Assembly: GCA_951406725.2 (NCBI GenBank)
Contig: OX597831.1
Coordinates: forward strand, 4,588,001-4,652,000
Length of the DNA stretch: 64,000 nt
Reading direction: 5' to 3'
Source: Octopus vulgaris
Lineage: Eukaryota
The notes under the pieces are model-generated. The model did not search any database and was not told the origin of the DNA. It worked only from the letters and a program-made list of their open reading frames with translations. A program made the position numbers and the translations under genes. The stretch's first letter is position 1, and each line of letters opens with the position of its first letter. Shown here piece by piece: positions 13,886-27,326 of this stretch.

Positions 13886-14130
13886 TCCCCTCAACCATTC
13901 AATATTTAAGAACTAATTTTATAGATCTGTTTTTCAAATTCTTATTTTGTTATTCACCCATACACTTGGGTAGGATGAAGTATGTAAAATATTAGACAAT
14001 GAAACCTTTTAATCAAAACTTTTTCACGGACTCTTAAAATACTACTCGAATTAACTATTTTGCTAGTATGGACCTCCAAAACCTTATATGGACCTCCAGG
14101 GGCCATATGAACCTCGATTGAGAACTACTG
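13882..14130. mobile_element. Possible hAT-type MITE remnant
   Basis: Right end GATTGAGAACTACTG resembles the hAT/Charlie terminus (CAGTGGTTCTCAAC, reversed); left end degenerate. Confidence 0.35.
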
Positions 14131-14208
14131 GCCTAACCAATCAAGATCATTCGAACAAAACAATAATATGGGTACTTCATGTGGGCATCAGTTGGTGGTT
14201 GACATTTC

Positions 14209-14330
14209 AGATGTCCTGAAGACAGTCAGCATCTTGTGAAACGGATGGACAAGAGTAGCAGCTGATCGAACCCAGTGGAGGGATCTTGCCACCCAATGCG
14301 CTGAACAGCGCAGAAGGACCTAAACCTAAA
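14209..14330 (+). mobile_element. RTE-type LINE extreme 3' end
   Basis: Peptide ...W TRVAADRTQWRDLATQCAEQRRRT* followed by a (CCTAAA)2 tail. Confidence 0.55.
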
Positions 14331-15003
14331 GCTGAAGACGGTCGAATACAATGTGAGCTGCAAAAGCATAGAAGCTGAAGTTGTGGAACCACAAATCATA
14401 ACTAATGAACAACTATTAACAAAGCCCTTGGGTCCCAGGCCCGGAACAATGATATCAATCAGTAAGAGACTGTCGAGAAAGGGCTGAACAAATGGCCCCT
14501 TAAAGATCTTCTGCAGCACGATTTTATGCCATCGCTGATCGTTGAAGTGTTAAGATACGTGGTTATTTCCAATATATTTTAATGCCATTTCTCGGAGCAA
14601 TACCGCCGTTCATTACAGATTCCCAATATGATATTCACGGCTTATTGCTTTTAGGCGGCCCAATGAGAAAAGAATGTTTGTTCAGCTCGGGCGGAACAAA
14701 TATAGCAGAATATTTTTTATTCGGCAACACCGGTTGATGGGTTTATTCACTGATGATTACATCTTTCGCCGATATAATACCCATAACGCACCCCACCATC
14801 ACACACACACACACACACATACACACACACACACACATACACACACACACTTACAGAGGCAAACATACATATGTGTGTATGTATGTATTTCATACATGTA
14901 TCTGTGCGTGTATATATATATATATATATATATATACACTCACCCACACCACCATACCCACACATACCACACACATATATATAGACACTCTCACTTAAAC
15001 ACC

Positions 15004-15047
<44 letters not shown>

Positions 15048-15115
15048 CCCATATATGCATGTGTATATATACATATATATGTTGGTATGTACATATATGT
15101 ATGTATATATGCATA

Positions 15116-15164
<49 letters not shown>

Positions 15165-15759
15165 GTATGTATGTATATGTATACATATAAATATATGTAT
15201 AAATTATAATATGTACAGATCGACACACCTATTCTCTCTTTCACTCACACACCCCACCCATATATATGTATGTATGTGTGCGTGTGTGTGTAGGTTCACA
15301 CACACATACACGCACACACGCACACACAGGTGGTTTTCTACATGTCACCCATTACTACACATGGTTGCTTCCACTTCAGTGTGATTATTACAGACTCAAG
15401 GAGGCAACTGGCAGCCATTTTGTGACATCGGTGGAAACATAGTTGTCCAAAGTTGATTTAAATCCCTTCTTAATTACAAATTTTATTGCTGATTCTGTGG
15501 ATAAACACTAACAAAATTGCTATATAATTGCTGTACTAATAACCAAACTCTTACCACAAACCCCACATAATTCTATGTTATTTTAAAATCAACCATTGAA
15601 GTGTTTATTAAAAGAATGTTTACTATGACTAAAAATGGTGAAATTGTTTTAAGGGCGCGTCTGGTTCGAGGGGTTTTTTAAAACTTCATCAATTGGTATT
15701 AGATTTCGTCTTGTGTTTTTCAGCTTTTGTCAGCGGTTTAAGTCGGAGGTATCTATTTG

Positions 15760-16140
15760 GTAGACTGGCAGGATTGTTATAATGTTGGACAAAAATTGAT
15801 TGGGGTATTCTTTTTGTCAGTCTCTTTAAATTCTGAGTTCAAATCTCGCCAAGGTAGATCGACATCACATTTCTTTAATTCGTGATCAACTTTCCTTGAA
15901 AATTACTGTAATTGTGCCAAAGTTAGAAAGAATTATTATAAAGCGTCGAACAGACAGAATTTTTAGCGGTGGTGCCCCAGCATTGCCGCGGCCTTCGGGC
16001 TAAAACATTTTTAAGGATTTAAGGATTTATACCGGATAAAAGGCTTGGCACCACTTCGTCCGTCTTTACGTTCTGAGTTCATATTCTGCTGAGGTGAACT
16101 ATACCTTTCATTCTTTCGTGATCGATTATAAAATATCAAC
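15760..16140 (+). mobile_element. Degenerate SINE family B fragments plus a CR1-like tail fragment (~15965-16030)
   Basis: TTCTGAGTTCAAATCTCGCC and TTCTGAGTTCATATTCTGCTGAGGT; GGTGGTGCCCCAGCATTGCCGCGG followed by (TTTAAGGA)2. Confidence 0.55.
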
Positions 16141-16144
16141 TAGA

Positions 16145-16760
16145 TTATGGCTGGGAGATAACAGTTTGCTCAAAGTAGTTGCCCTCAGCGTTTATCACGG
16201 CCTCAAGACGGCTTCGAAATCTGACGCATGTGTTCCGCTCTGTGTCCCTGGGAACATTTTCGAACACCACCTTGATCTTAGCCATCAGCTCAGTCTTGAT
16301 GTTGCAGACAGAACGGTTTGTGTCGTTCTCAGCCGAGGCCCATACACAGTAACCCGTGGGATTACAATCAGGGGAATTAGGGGGTCTAGAAACTGGGGCT
16401 GGTGATGTAGAACTTCTCCGACAACCACTTCTGACCTTTTCCGGAGTATGGCAAACAGCTACACATAAAGCAACAACCCTCTCCAGCCAAGAATTGACCA
16501 CTGTCTCCAGCAGCTTCAGATAGCCATCCGACTTGAGTCCAAGTCTCTGGTCAAATATATGGAGCGACATGACATCACCCACACTGTGGACACACCCAAA
16601 GACCACCACAATGTGGGGGAGCTTTACTGATGTCCATGTTACGTCTCACAGCCTTTACAGCATGCACAGTGCATTCTGTCGGCACTTTGATGTCCGGCGT
16701 GAATTATCACGATACACCTTTTTCCAATATTCATTATGTTCTCCAACGCCTTCGACAGTT
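16145..16760 (-). mobile_element. Tc1/mariner (maT/DD37D-like) transposase fragment
   Basis: VVFGCV..GDVM..YLKLLETVV.SWLERV..PPNSPDCNP.GYCVW..RFRSRLEAVI.AEGNYFE. Confidence 0.8.
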
Positions 16761-16911
16761 TATTAATACATCAATTTTTTTCCTGAAAATAATCAGATAT
16801 AAAATATCTTCAAAATTATCCCAAACAGCCTTTTATTCTTTTATTTGTTTCTGGTGGGGAACCTATACGCCAAGGAAACCGGGAAACCGACCCTATGAGC
16901 CAGGCGTGGAT

Positions 16912-17084
16912 CGTGCGCATTTTTTTCTCTCCTTGTTTCTTTTCTGTGTATCTTTCTGTCGAAGAGCGTAGGCTCGAAACGTAAAAGACTTGTTCTATTT
17001 CTATTCCTGAGCGCCATACTAATGCAATTGTTTGTTTGTACTCCACCTGCCTTCGTCTTTTGTTTATTTTCGTAAACCTTCCCG

Positions 17085-17086
<2 letters not shown>
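16912..17086 (+). mobile_element. Short PLE-terminal element with hammerhead-like motif (16951-16988), running into (TA)n
   Basis: UCUUU CUGUCGA-A GAGC guag GCUC GAAA CG U A AAAGA; same family as 28265-28465. Confidence 0.7.
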
Positions 17087-17148
<62 letters not shown>

Positions 17149-17158
17149 ATATGTATAT

Positions 17159-17245
<87 letters not shown>

Positions 17246-17782
17246 TGTGTGTGTGTGTGTGTGTATAATCCGAATTCCTGGTTGCTGTCACATATTGTGA
17301 AATTTTTAAATTACGTCAAAATTTTCAAATTTGATATATTGAAATAATTTTCCAAGTTAAATCTGATTTTATTACTTATTTGTTCCTAACGACCAGTTGA
17401 ATTATAAAAAAAATCTATAATGGGTCCCCTAGGGAGAGGGGCTGTAGCACATGTTTACAAATCATCTACGATAAGCCACGACACGCGACAACGCCAGCTA
17501 CAATACGCGGACTGTTTGTCAATGTATTTGTAAATCTAATCTATTTATCTAATTTATTTTACTTAGATGCGTATTCACATGTCAAAATAATATAAGGACA
17601 TTCGTTATTCACCCACTAAGCGAATTATTAGTCTGTAATACCTATTCTTAGCAATAAACTATTACCATAAACGATGGGTTCAGCATAAAGACATCACCTG
17701 AACAGGAAACAGAATAGGACATGGAACAGTGCAGTGGTAAACGGGAACTGGGGGTAACCCCCGCTTTCCCGGTATTAACGCT

Positions 17783-18006
17783 AGCTGGCAGAAATGTTAG
17801 CGTGCCAGGCGAAATGCTTAACAGTATTTTGCCAGCCGTTACGTTCTGAGTTCAAATTCCGCCGAGGTCGACTTTGCCTTTCATCCGGTCGGGGTCGATA
17901 AATTAAGTACCAGTTACGCACTGGGGTCGATGTAATCGACTTAATCCGTCTGTCTGTCCCTATTTGTCCCCTCTGTGTTTAGCCCCTTGTGGGTAGTAAA
18001 GAAATA
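17783..18006 (+). mobile_element. SINE family B (tRNA-derived head, Meta-domain-like body) with 12-bp TSD
   Basis: TSD GGTATTAACGCT at 17771-17782 and 18007-18018; B box GAGTTCAAATTCC; body GCCTTTCATCC..GGGGTCGATAAATTAAGTACCAG. Confidence 0.9.
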
Positions 18007-18342
18007 GGTATTAACGCTCAACTCATTTATATTACTCAGATACATATTCGTTTGTTAAAATAATAGAGGGACATCCTTTATTCGTCCCCTAATCTTATTA
18101 AGAGTTTGTAATACCTATTTTTAGCAATAAACTATTACTGCATTGTTAATAAAATATTTAATGGTTTAATTACACCTGACTGATTCTAAAATTTATTTAT
18201 TAAAATAGGATTAGGGATAGGAATGGGAGCGGAATTAAGGCGGGAACTGAACAGGGAACAGGGTAGGACATGAAACAATGTAATGGGAATGGAAACTGGA
18301 AATAACCCCTGCTTTTCCGGGTATTACCGGGTAATTCAGCTA

Positions 18343-18432
<90 letters not shown>

Positions 18433-18535
18433 ATATATGTATATATATATATATATGTATATATATGTATATATATATATACATGTATATATATGTATGT
18501 GCTTATATATATGTGTGTATACATGCATATATAAA

Positions 18536-18640
<105 letters not shown>

Positions 18641-18642
18641 TA

Positions 18643-19050
18643 GCTAGGTCGTGGCACTCCGTCGGTTCCGATGACGAGGGTTCCAGTTAAACCGATCCAC
18701 GGAGCTTGCTCGTGAAATTAACGTGTAAGTGGATGAGTACTCCACAGACTAAGTGGCTGAGCACTCCACAGACACACGTACCCTTAACGTAGTTCTCGGG
18801 GAGATTCAGCGTGACAGATAATGTGACAAGGCTGGCCCCTTTGAAATACAGGTACAACAGAAACAGGAAGAAAGAGTGAGAGAAAGTTGTGGTGAAAGAG
18901 TACAGCAGGTTTCGCAACCCCACCCCCTACCGGAGCGTCATGGACCTTTAGGTGTTTTATTTCAATAACACTCACAACACCCGGTCTGGGAATCGAAACC
19001 GCGATCCTACGACCGCGAGTCCGCTGCCTTAACCACTGGGCCATTGCCCA
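18643..19050 (-). mobile_element. tRNA-derived SINE family C
   Basis: Minus-strand head GGCAATGGCCCAGTGGTTAAGGCAGCGGACTCGCGGTCGTAGGATCGCGGTTTCGATTCCC (A and B boxes); matches 50735-51040 and 51607-51905. Confidence 0.88.
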
Positions 19051-19083
19051 TCCCACACATCCCCTTAAACACACACACACAAA

Positions 19084-19480
19084 CATACATACATACATAC
19101 ATACATACATACATACATACATACATACATACATACATACATACATACATACATACATACATACATACATACATACATACATACACACATACATACATAC
19201 ATACATACATACATACATACATTCATACATACATACATACATGCATACACACATACATTCATACATTCATACATACATACATACATACATACATGCATAC
19301 ACACATACATTCATACATACATACATACATACATACACACACATACATACATACATACATACATACATACATACATACATACACACATACATTCATACAT
19401 ACATACATACATACACACATACATTCATACATACATACATACATACATACATACATTCATACATACATACATACATACGC
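19084..19480. repeat. (CATA)n tetranucleotide array
   Basis: Seen directly. Confidence 0.95.
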
Positions 19481-19699
19481 ATACAAGCATGCAACGTGTT
19501 TTTTTTCAGTTTTCGTCAAGCAAAATTCGGTCATGTTAGTTGGCCCAGGGCTATAATAGAAAACCCCTGCCCAGAGTGCCACGCAGTGGGACTAAAACAG
19601 GAACCATGTAGTCGGAAAGCGAACGGCTTACCACACACAAGCTGTGTATGTATAAATATGTGTACGTGCATACATGTATCTATGTGCGTATGCATGTGT

Positions 19700-19987
<288 letters not shown>

Positions 19988-20041
19988 CACACACAATGGC
20001 GCAGTGCAATTAATTTGGTCAGCTGTGGGATAGGGAGGGAA

Positions 20042-20143
<102 letters not shown>

Positions 20144-20326
20144 AAGTGTAGAATAAGGTAAGGAGGAGAAGTGAGAGTGAGTTGAATGCTCTTTCATTTA
20201 CTCTCATGCATTTTCTGCGAAGCATGTTCTTGGTTTGGGTGGTCTCCGTGGAGATAAGATAATCATACATGCTGTAGCCAGAGAAACAACAGCAACAGCA
20301 ACAACAACAACAACAACAACAAGGCC

Positions 20327-20363
<37 letters not shown>

Positions 20364-20464
20364 GCTACAACAACTAACATGAAACCCAACCCTAGTAACA
20401 ACAGCAACAAGGACACCAGCAACACCAATAATATAACGAGAACAGCAAGTTACTAGCAGTTACT

Positions 20465-20840
20465 AAGGAGGCGAGCTGGCAGAGTGGTTAGCACGTTTGT
20501 GCTAATGCTTAACGGCACTTCGTCCGTCTTTACGTTCTAAGTTCAAATTCTGCCGAGGTCTACTTCGTCATCCATTTCTTTGGGGCTTGATGATATAACT
20601 ACCAATGGAACGATGGGGGCCGATGTAATCGACTTACTCTGCTCCCCTCCCCACGAAATTCTTACCCTTGTGCCAAAATTTGAATTAATATATATTTTTC
20701 TCTACTCTAGGCACAACGCCAGAAATTTTGGGGGAGGGGCCAGTCGATTAGATCGACACCAGTACGAAAGGAAGAAAGGCAAAGTCGACCTCGAGGGAAT
20801 TTGAACTCAGAATGTAGCGACGGGCGAAATATTGCTAAGC
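20465..20840. mobile_element. Two SINE family B copies tail-to-tail (+ 20465-20690; - 20700-20840)
   Basis: Canonical A box TGGCAGAGTGG in the first copy; reverse-complement family B sequence in the second. Confidence 0.75.
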
Positions 20841-20844
20841 GGCT

Positions 20845-21030
20845 CCGTCAGAAGGTAATGGCGAACTTCTGCTGACTCTTTCGCCACAACTTTCTCTCAC
20901 TCTTTCCTCCTGCATCTTGAGGCTCACCTGTGACGGACCGGCGTCCCGTCCAGGTGGGGAACCTATACACCAAGGAAGCCAGGAAACCGGTCCTTATGAG
21001 CCAGGCGTGGCTCGAGAAGGAACAAACTCA
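20845..21030 (+). mobile_element. SINE family C body with an alternative V/Deu-SINE-like tail
   Basis: CTCTTTCGCCACAACTTTCTCTCACTCTTT matches the family C body, then CCTGTGACGGACCGGCGTCCCGTCCAGG; related tail fragments at 16853-16912 and 53140-53245 (-). Confidence 0.6.
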
Positions 21031-21044
21031 CGTATATTAATATG

Positions 21045-21277
21045 AAGGCGGCGAGTTGGCAGAATCGTTAGCACGCCGGGCGAAATGCGTAGCCGTATTT
21101 CGTCTGCCGTTACGTTCTGAGTTCAAATTCCGCCCAGGTCCACTTTGCCTTTCATCCTTTCGGGGTCGATAAATTAAGTACCAGTTACGCTCTGGGATCG
21201 ATGTAATCGACTTAATCCGTTTGTCTGTCCTTGTTTGTCCCCTCTATGTTTAGCCCCTTGTGGGTAAAAAGAAACAG
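21045..21277 (+). mobile_element. SINE family B, full length, 13-bp TSD
   Basis: TSD GTATATTAATATG at 21032-21044 and 21278-21290. Confidence 0.92.
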
Positions 21278-21970
21278 GTATATTAATATGCATGTATACA
21301 CACTCAATTACATCGACCCCATTATTTTACTAGTAAAAAATGGGGTCGATGTAATTGACTTATTCCCTCCCCTGAAATTTGCGGGCTTTGCGCCAAAACT
21401 GGAAACCAATATTTGCCGTAGCTGCAACAGCAATAGGAACAACAAACACAACAACAGAACAGCTTCAGTACTGGTATGAACAAGACTAACAATGCCATTA
21501 GCAGCAACAACAGCCAAAAAGAAAACAAAAAAGAAAAAACACGGCCTCCCGTAGCAACAACAACAACAACATCGACATAAATAATATAACGTCAACAACC
21601 ACATTACCAGTAACTACAACAAGAAAGAAAAAACGGCAACCCCAGCAATAACAACAAACAAACAAAACTATAAAAATAACAACAACGATGACGATGGTGG
21701 CGGTGGCGGCGGTGGCGGCGCTGACGACTACGTCGACGGGTACAGCAGCCACAAAAAGCGGAAGTGAATATTTGCTTTCTCAATTTAATGGCGTAATTTT
21801 TTTATCAACAACTGATAAAGGAGAATTGTGTAACGAATAGAATGTATGTATATGTATGTATGAATGTATGTATGTATGAATGTACGTTTGTATGTATGTA
21901 TGTATGTATGTATGTATGTATGTATGTATGTATGCATGTATATACATATATATGTACCTTGACTTTTTCC

Positions 21971-22002
<32 letters not shown>

Positions 22003-22102
22003 TTATTTGTATATGTATACTATGTTTTTAAATGTATATATGTACACGTGTGTATGTATGTTAATGTATGTATGTGTGTGTATATGTATATATGTATATG
22101 TA

Positions 22103-22144
<42 letters not shown>

Positions 22145-23049
22145 TAGATAGATAGATATATATGAATGTGTATATGTTTATATGCGTTTATGTAAAAGTA
22201 TGTATGTATGTATGTATGTATGTATGTATGTATGTATGTATGCATATATGTGTCTATGCGTGTATACTGACAGAAATGTTGCGATGACCTAAAGGAGTTT
22301 ATATCTTGATTTCCGTTCAAATATTTTCTCTGACTCTGTTTCTCGCTTTCCCTTTCTCCCCCCTCTCTCTTTTATTACCATGGTCTGTCTCGCTCTCACT
22401 CTCTGTATCAGTCTTTCATTTTCTCTCTCTTTCACTCTCTTTCGTGTCTTATTATCTCTCAGTGCCGCCGCCTCCCTCTCCTATCTCCTACCGTCCAAAT
22501 AAACTTGCTGGTGTAACACAGACAACTGAAGGCCGTCCGTCAGATCATTTTATAAAAACCTACAAAGCAGAGGTTACAGGTCCTTAAGCAATCATCAGAT
22601 ATAAAACATAACAAATTCATTAGTCATCGCAGGTCACGTGATATAAATATGTTATACAGAGTCTGACGACAAATTACCCCACTACAGGAAAACTACACAC
22701 ACACACACATAAATATATATATATATCTGTATAGATACGTACAGATATGTACATAAAAAATAACAATTTTTTTCGTTACATATATATATAATTAGAAATG
22801 TAGCAGACAAACACACCAAGTAGAATTAGTATATTTACATAGAGTACAAATTACTGAGTACGAAATAAAGAAGACAAATAAACACAAAGAGCTAAGTAGC
22901 AGTTTTATCTTAACAGCTGTTTCTGGTGAACCATGGCTTATGCGGTAATCATTTTCATGATATGTAAAGACACATGATATAGGTGTACAGAATAGCTTAA
23001 GTTTCGGTGAATTCATTAGGCAAGGTAAGGACACCCTCATGAAGGGAAT

Positions 23050-23566
23050 ATTCTTTTTTTCTACTCTAGGCACAAGACCCGAAATTTTTGGAGAGGGGGC
23101 CTAGTCGATTAGATCGACCCCAGTACGCAATTGGAACTTAATTTATCGACCTCCGAAAGAGGGGACAGGCAAAGACAGACAAACGGATTAAGTCGATTAT
23201 ATCGACCCCAGTGCGTAACTGATACTTATTTAATCATCCCCGAAAAGAGGAAAGGCCAAGTCGACCTCGGCGGAATAAGAACTCAGAACGTAGCGGCAGA
23301 CGAAATACCGCTAAGCATCTCGCCCGGCGTGCTAACGTTTCTTATTTATTTATTGCCCACAAGGGGCTAAACATACAGGGAACAAACAAGGGTAGACAGA
23401 GGGATTAAGTCGATTACATCGACCCCAGTGCGTAACTGGTACTTAATTTAAGGCGGCGAGCTGGCAGAAACGTTAGCACGCCGGGCGAAATGCGTAGCCG
23501 TATTTCGTCTGCCGTTACGTTCTGAGTTCAAATTCCGCCGAGGTCGACTTTGCCTTTCATCCTTTC
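23050..23566. mobile_element. SINE family B cluster: minus-strand multimer (23050-23450) abutting a plus-strand head (23450-23566)
   Basis: Family B sequence seen on both strands. Confidence 0.85.
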
Positions 23567-24178
23567 AAACGGGAAGGAAGAGCTATTTTTATCATACTTG
23601 TGGCTATTGCGAAAGAATGTATCTGGTGGACGCGCCTGAAAGGATTAGAGACAAGCACTTTCCTCTCTGGTCAATCTCTCATCAACTTCTTCAAGTATCA
23701 CTTGAAAAGGAAAGTGAGAGTAGAGAGGCAAGTTTTGTCTAGTGAATGTTTTAAAAAAAGATGGGTGAATGTAGCAAGGATGGCACGTATGAATGACGAA
23801 GCCACCTTGAGTATGATCCTATGAACGCTAAAAATTTAATACAGAGAGTTACTTATTTGTAAAAAAAAAATATAACATGTGACTTCATTGACCGAGGTTA
23901 CCGTGGTCTTTTCCGTAGGCTTTTCTTTCCACGGTTAAACCTCACCTGTCTTCCCCTTTACATTTTATATTGACATTTCTGTGATAACGATCCCTATTGA
24001 TCGATTTTTTCTTTTTCCTTTTATTTTTATTTTTTCCCCTTTTTTGCCTTCCTCTTTCTTTCCTTTTACGATCCCTTTTGATCGAAAACCAACCCCCCCT
24101 TTTTTTATCCCCTAAATAAAAGCTCTACCTTGTAATTTGTCCCGTCTGTGTGCAGCCCTGTGTGGCTAATAAAGAAAC
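23567..24178 (+). mobile_element. Tx1/L1-like LINE 3' end (5'-truncated) with 3'UTR
   Basis: C-terminal peptide ILVAIAKECIWWTR...FFKYHLKRKVRVER..LSSECFKKRW, pyrimidine-rich UTR, AATAAA near 24168, then microsatellite. Confidence 0.65.
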
Positions 24179-24193
24179 ATATCTATATATCTA

Positions 24194-24256
<63 letters not shown>

Positions 24257-24289
24257 CTGTGTGTGTGTATATATATATATATAATTATT

Positions 24290-24504
24290 ACAGCTATAAA
24301 CATTATTATAATTGTGCTGTTTTGGAGATATCTTATGGTAGTAGAATAGTATTTAGCTGCTATTTCTAATTTTGTTAAGCCCTAATTATAATTATGTTTA
24401 TAATTATAATAATCTTTGTATAAGTTTACCGATAATGGTTCTTTTAACGTACCAAACTACCTGGTAAGATTATTAATTATAAATTGATTAATTAATTTTA
24501 CCCT

Positions 24505-24510
<6 letters not shown>
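24290..24510 (-). mobile_element. AT-rich repeat embedded in (TA)n; same family as 39305-39480
   Basis: Reverse complement ACCAGGTAGTTTGGTACGTTAAAA..ATAAACATAATTATAAT matches ~39342-39422. Confidence 0.6.
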
Positions 24511-24569
<59 letters not shown>

Positions 24570-24572
<3 letters not shown>

Positions 24573-24780
24573 CGGAGATGTACTCGCATAGCAAGTAATT
24601 TGATCTGAGATCGTGTGCTGAAACGAAAACAATTGCAGCGTGGAAGGTGTTTATAAGCCATTTAAGAAACACACAAAAGCCGTTCCATTCACTTCAACAT
24701 TTAAGTTTAATTTGTCAAAATATTTTCGTCGCTAAAATCCGCGACCTGTTCACTGAAAAAGTCCGTGCTGCATCTACGTG
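24570..24780 (-). mobile_element. Short PLE-terminal element in (TA)n with a hammerhead-like motif (24714-24757)
   Basis: Reverse complement UUCA GUGAACA-G GUCGC ggauuuua GCGAC GAAA AUAU U U UGAC. Confidence 0.65.
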
Positions 24781-24791
24781 TATATATCTAC

Positions 24792-24837
<46 letters not shown>

Positions 24838-24879
24838 TATATATAATATATAATATATATATTATATATATATATATGC

Positions 24880-24941
<62 letters not shown>

Positions 24942-25616
24942 GCTTGTAATTTGCTGTAAAATAAGAAATTATCCTTAAAAATATTTGATATTCCCTCCCC
25001 ACCAATCGTCAATTCTCTCTTCCTTCTCCTCTTTTACTCAATTAAATCCCCCTTTCCTCCCTTTCACCACTATCGCCCCTCAACCTTCATCTCTTATGTA
25101 CTCCCATAGGATTTCAAGTGGATCCCTGACACTCACTTAACCGTTTGAATCAATTGCTGAACGATGGAAGGCTGGAAGGGATATGGTTTAATGCTCGTAA
25201 TAATTCCTCGAGAATGGAAGGCTAAAAGGGATATAATTAAATGTTTATAGCAGTTTATTTTAGCTGCCGACCATGCTGAGGCGACCAATCACGAACCTTC
25301 ATTTACCTATATTGTTTTTGATATTTCATTCAGTGGGGGAACGTCAGCGACCTTAGTCCTTTCTGGAGCTTCTCAGTCTTGAGTGTAGTTATCTTGAGGA
25401 CGGGGAACTGGCATGGATACCTGAAACTGCCTGGACCCTGCTAAAAGCACCCACTGGCCACATGGAACTGTTAAACTAAGAGGTAGAACGGATTAAATAC
25501 AGAATAATTTTCTGGTAGTCAAACGACCGTGTTGTGAGTTTCATGGCTGACTCTTTAGTTTTATGCAATTATCAAAATTAGGCTAATGAGATCACTGGTG
25601 ATTCCTATACGCCTTA

Positions 25617-26225
25617 AGGCGGCGAGCTGGCAGAAATGTTAGCACGCCGAGCGAAATGCTTAGCGGTATTTCGTCTGTCTGTACGTTCTGAGTTCAAATT
25701 CCGCCGAGGTCGACTTTGCCTTTCATCCTTTCGGGGTCGATAAATTAAGTACCAGTTGCGCACTGGGGTCGATGTAATCGACTTAATCCCTTTGTCTGTC
25801 CTTGTTTGCTTCCTCTATGTTTAGTCCCTTGTGGGCAATAAAAAAATAAGAAACGTTAGCACGCTGGGGGAAATGCTTAGCGGTATTTCGTCTGTCGCTA
25901 CGTTCTGAGTTCAAATTCTGCCGAAGTCGACTTTGCTTTTCATCCTTTCGTGGTCGATTAAATAAGTATCAGCTACGCACTGGGGTCGATATAATCGACT
26001 TAATCCGTTTGTCTGTCATTGTTTGTCCTCTCTGTGTTTAGCCCCTTGTGAGTAGTAAAGAAATAGGTATTTCGTCTGTCTCTACGTTCTAAGTTCAAAT
26101 TCTGCCGAGGTTGACTTTGCCTTTTATCCTTTTGAGGTCACTAAATTAAGTACGAGTTGTGTACTGGGGTCGTCGATATAATCGTCTGGCACCTCCCCCA
26201 AATTCCTGGCCTTGTGCCTAGAGTA
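25617..26225 (+). mobile_element. SINE family B trimer
   Basis: Three head-to-tail units; the later units start at internal positions (AGAAACGTTAGC, GGTATTTCGTC). Confidence 0.9.
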
Positions 26226-26234
26226 GAAATGAAT

Positions 26235-26686
26235 ATTCCTGTACGCCTGTGAGACCTGGACACTGACAACAGAAATCGAAAGAAGAATCCAGTCTATACA
26301 GATGAAATGTTTCGGGAGATGCTTGAGAATATACAGAGATCGTGTCACAAATGAGGAAGTGAAAATAAGAATAAGGTAGGCAATTGGACCCTTTGAGGAA
26401 CTTTTTAGCACAGTAAAGAAATGCAAGCTCAGGTGGTTTGGGCATGTCACCCTCTCATCCGAGATGGCCAAAACAACTCTTCGTGGAACAGTAAAAAATG
26501 TCAGATGCAGAGGCAGACAAAGGAAGGTGTGAGAAAACAACATCCGTGAGTGGACGGGCCTGAAGATGAGAGAGGCAGTGCGAGAGGTAGAAAACAGAGA
26601 TGAGTGGAGCGATCTGGGCACGAGGTCATTAGTGGACGCCCGAACGGTCAACCAGACTACAGGATACGTAATATGTAATGTAATTA
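26235..26686 (+). mobile_element. RTE-clade LINE 3' fragment
   Basis: ILYACETWTL..RRIQSIQMKC..RVTNEEV..KLRWFGHV..RGTV..RGRQRK..IREWTG..RDEW, then a TGTAA-like tail. Confidence 0.85.
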
Positions 26687-27039
26687 TCAATTCTTACTTG
26701 GCTCTTCAGTAAGAAGGCTGATACATTAGTCCGTTCAAGAAAGGCTTCCAATATACTTTCTGTGTTAGCAGAACATCACCGGGACAAGAGGATGAGTTTG
26801 AGTATCTCAGAGCTGTATCCACGAACGATGGAAAGTACGAGGGGGTGAATTGGACGCCAGAATTGCAGAGACTGTCAAAATGATACGTCAGTTCCAGCAT
26901 TCGACCCTCAGAAGAGATGTTGGTAAAAATACCTCTAAAACCTAGCGATCTTCAGTTCGGTTTTCATGACTATCTTCACCCGAAATATAAAGAATAAATA
27001 AGTTTGTTCTTTCTTCGCGCAGTAAAAAGCTGTTCTCGT

Positions 27040-27264
27040 TACTCTTTTACCCATTTACTCTTTTATTTGTTTCAGCCATTTGACTGCGGCCATGCTGGAG
27101 CACCCTCTTTAGACGAACAAATCGACCCCAGGACTTAGTCTTTGTAAGCCTAGTATCTATACTATCGGTCTCTTCTGCCGAACCGATAAGTTACGGGGAG
27201 GTAGACACACCAACATCGGTTGTCAAGCGATGGTGGGAGGAACACACAGACACAAACATATACC

Positions 27265-27326
<62 letters not shown>

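Noticed and set aside
18985-19050. tRNA-like sequence on the minus strand (also the SINE A and B heads)
   Set aside because: It continues into a SINE body in every copy and the cloverleaf is imperfect, so these are tRNA-derived SINE heads rather than tRNA genes.
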